A DNA stretch of 63,901 bases, the filler included, from Octopus bimaculoides (taxonomy: Eukaryota): the NCBI RefSeq assembly GCF_001194135.2. It is 6 parts of 5 records of this genome, joined end to end, with 100 filler letters (N's around TTAATTAATTAA, not from the genome) between each part and the next. Parts side by side here need not be neighbours in the genome. Positions count along the whole stretch, not along the records: positions 55,707 to 63,901 come from NC_068984.1; 5 more parts are not named here. One strand, given 5' to 3'. Position numbers and translations under genes: made by a program. Positions 63,786-63,901 of this stretch are shown here, piece by piece (the first letter of the stretch is position 1; each line of letters begins with the position of its first letter). The notes beneath the pieces were generated by a model. The model was not told the DNA's origin. It saw nothing but the letters and a program-made list of their open reading frames with translations, and made no database searches.

Positions 63786-63901
63786 CAATAGTGCACATGT
63801 ACCGAGAGCTACGCTGTGTCTTGATATCGACATAATCACTCTCCTTGACGCACATATATAAAGAGAGAGTCAATATTAAGATACATACATATACGTATAT
63901 A

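Overview
AT-rich, microsatellite-saturated animal genomic DNA with many assembly gaps. The SINE families and the N-flanked TTAATTAATTAA gap spacers look like a draft Octopus (coleoid cephalopod) scaffold; this is inference, not a database match. No host protein-coding gene could be identified with confidence, and almost every long ORF in the supplied track is a microsatellite or N-run artefact. Supportable content is mostly transposon-derived: two dispersed tRNA-derived SINE families with many copies, a modular third SINE group, a Penelope-like (PLE) RT fragment with an open frame, PLE GIY-YIG and terminal fragments (three carry minimal hammerhead-ribozyme-like cores), a 5' Ty3/gypsy fragment (LTR-PBS-gag-protease), an RLE-type LINE remnant, a LINE ORF1 remnant, six mariner remnants, a hAT end, a Helentron/HINE-like element and a MITE. 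The most interesting non-TE signals are a CpG-rich island at about 46.9-48.55 kb (exact RFX X-box, E-boxes, YY1-like motif, plausible introns on both strands) and a speculative chain of short plus-strand exons at 2.5-18.8 kb. Coordinates were read by eye; element boundaries are approximate to within tens of bases.
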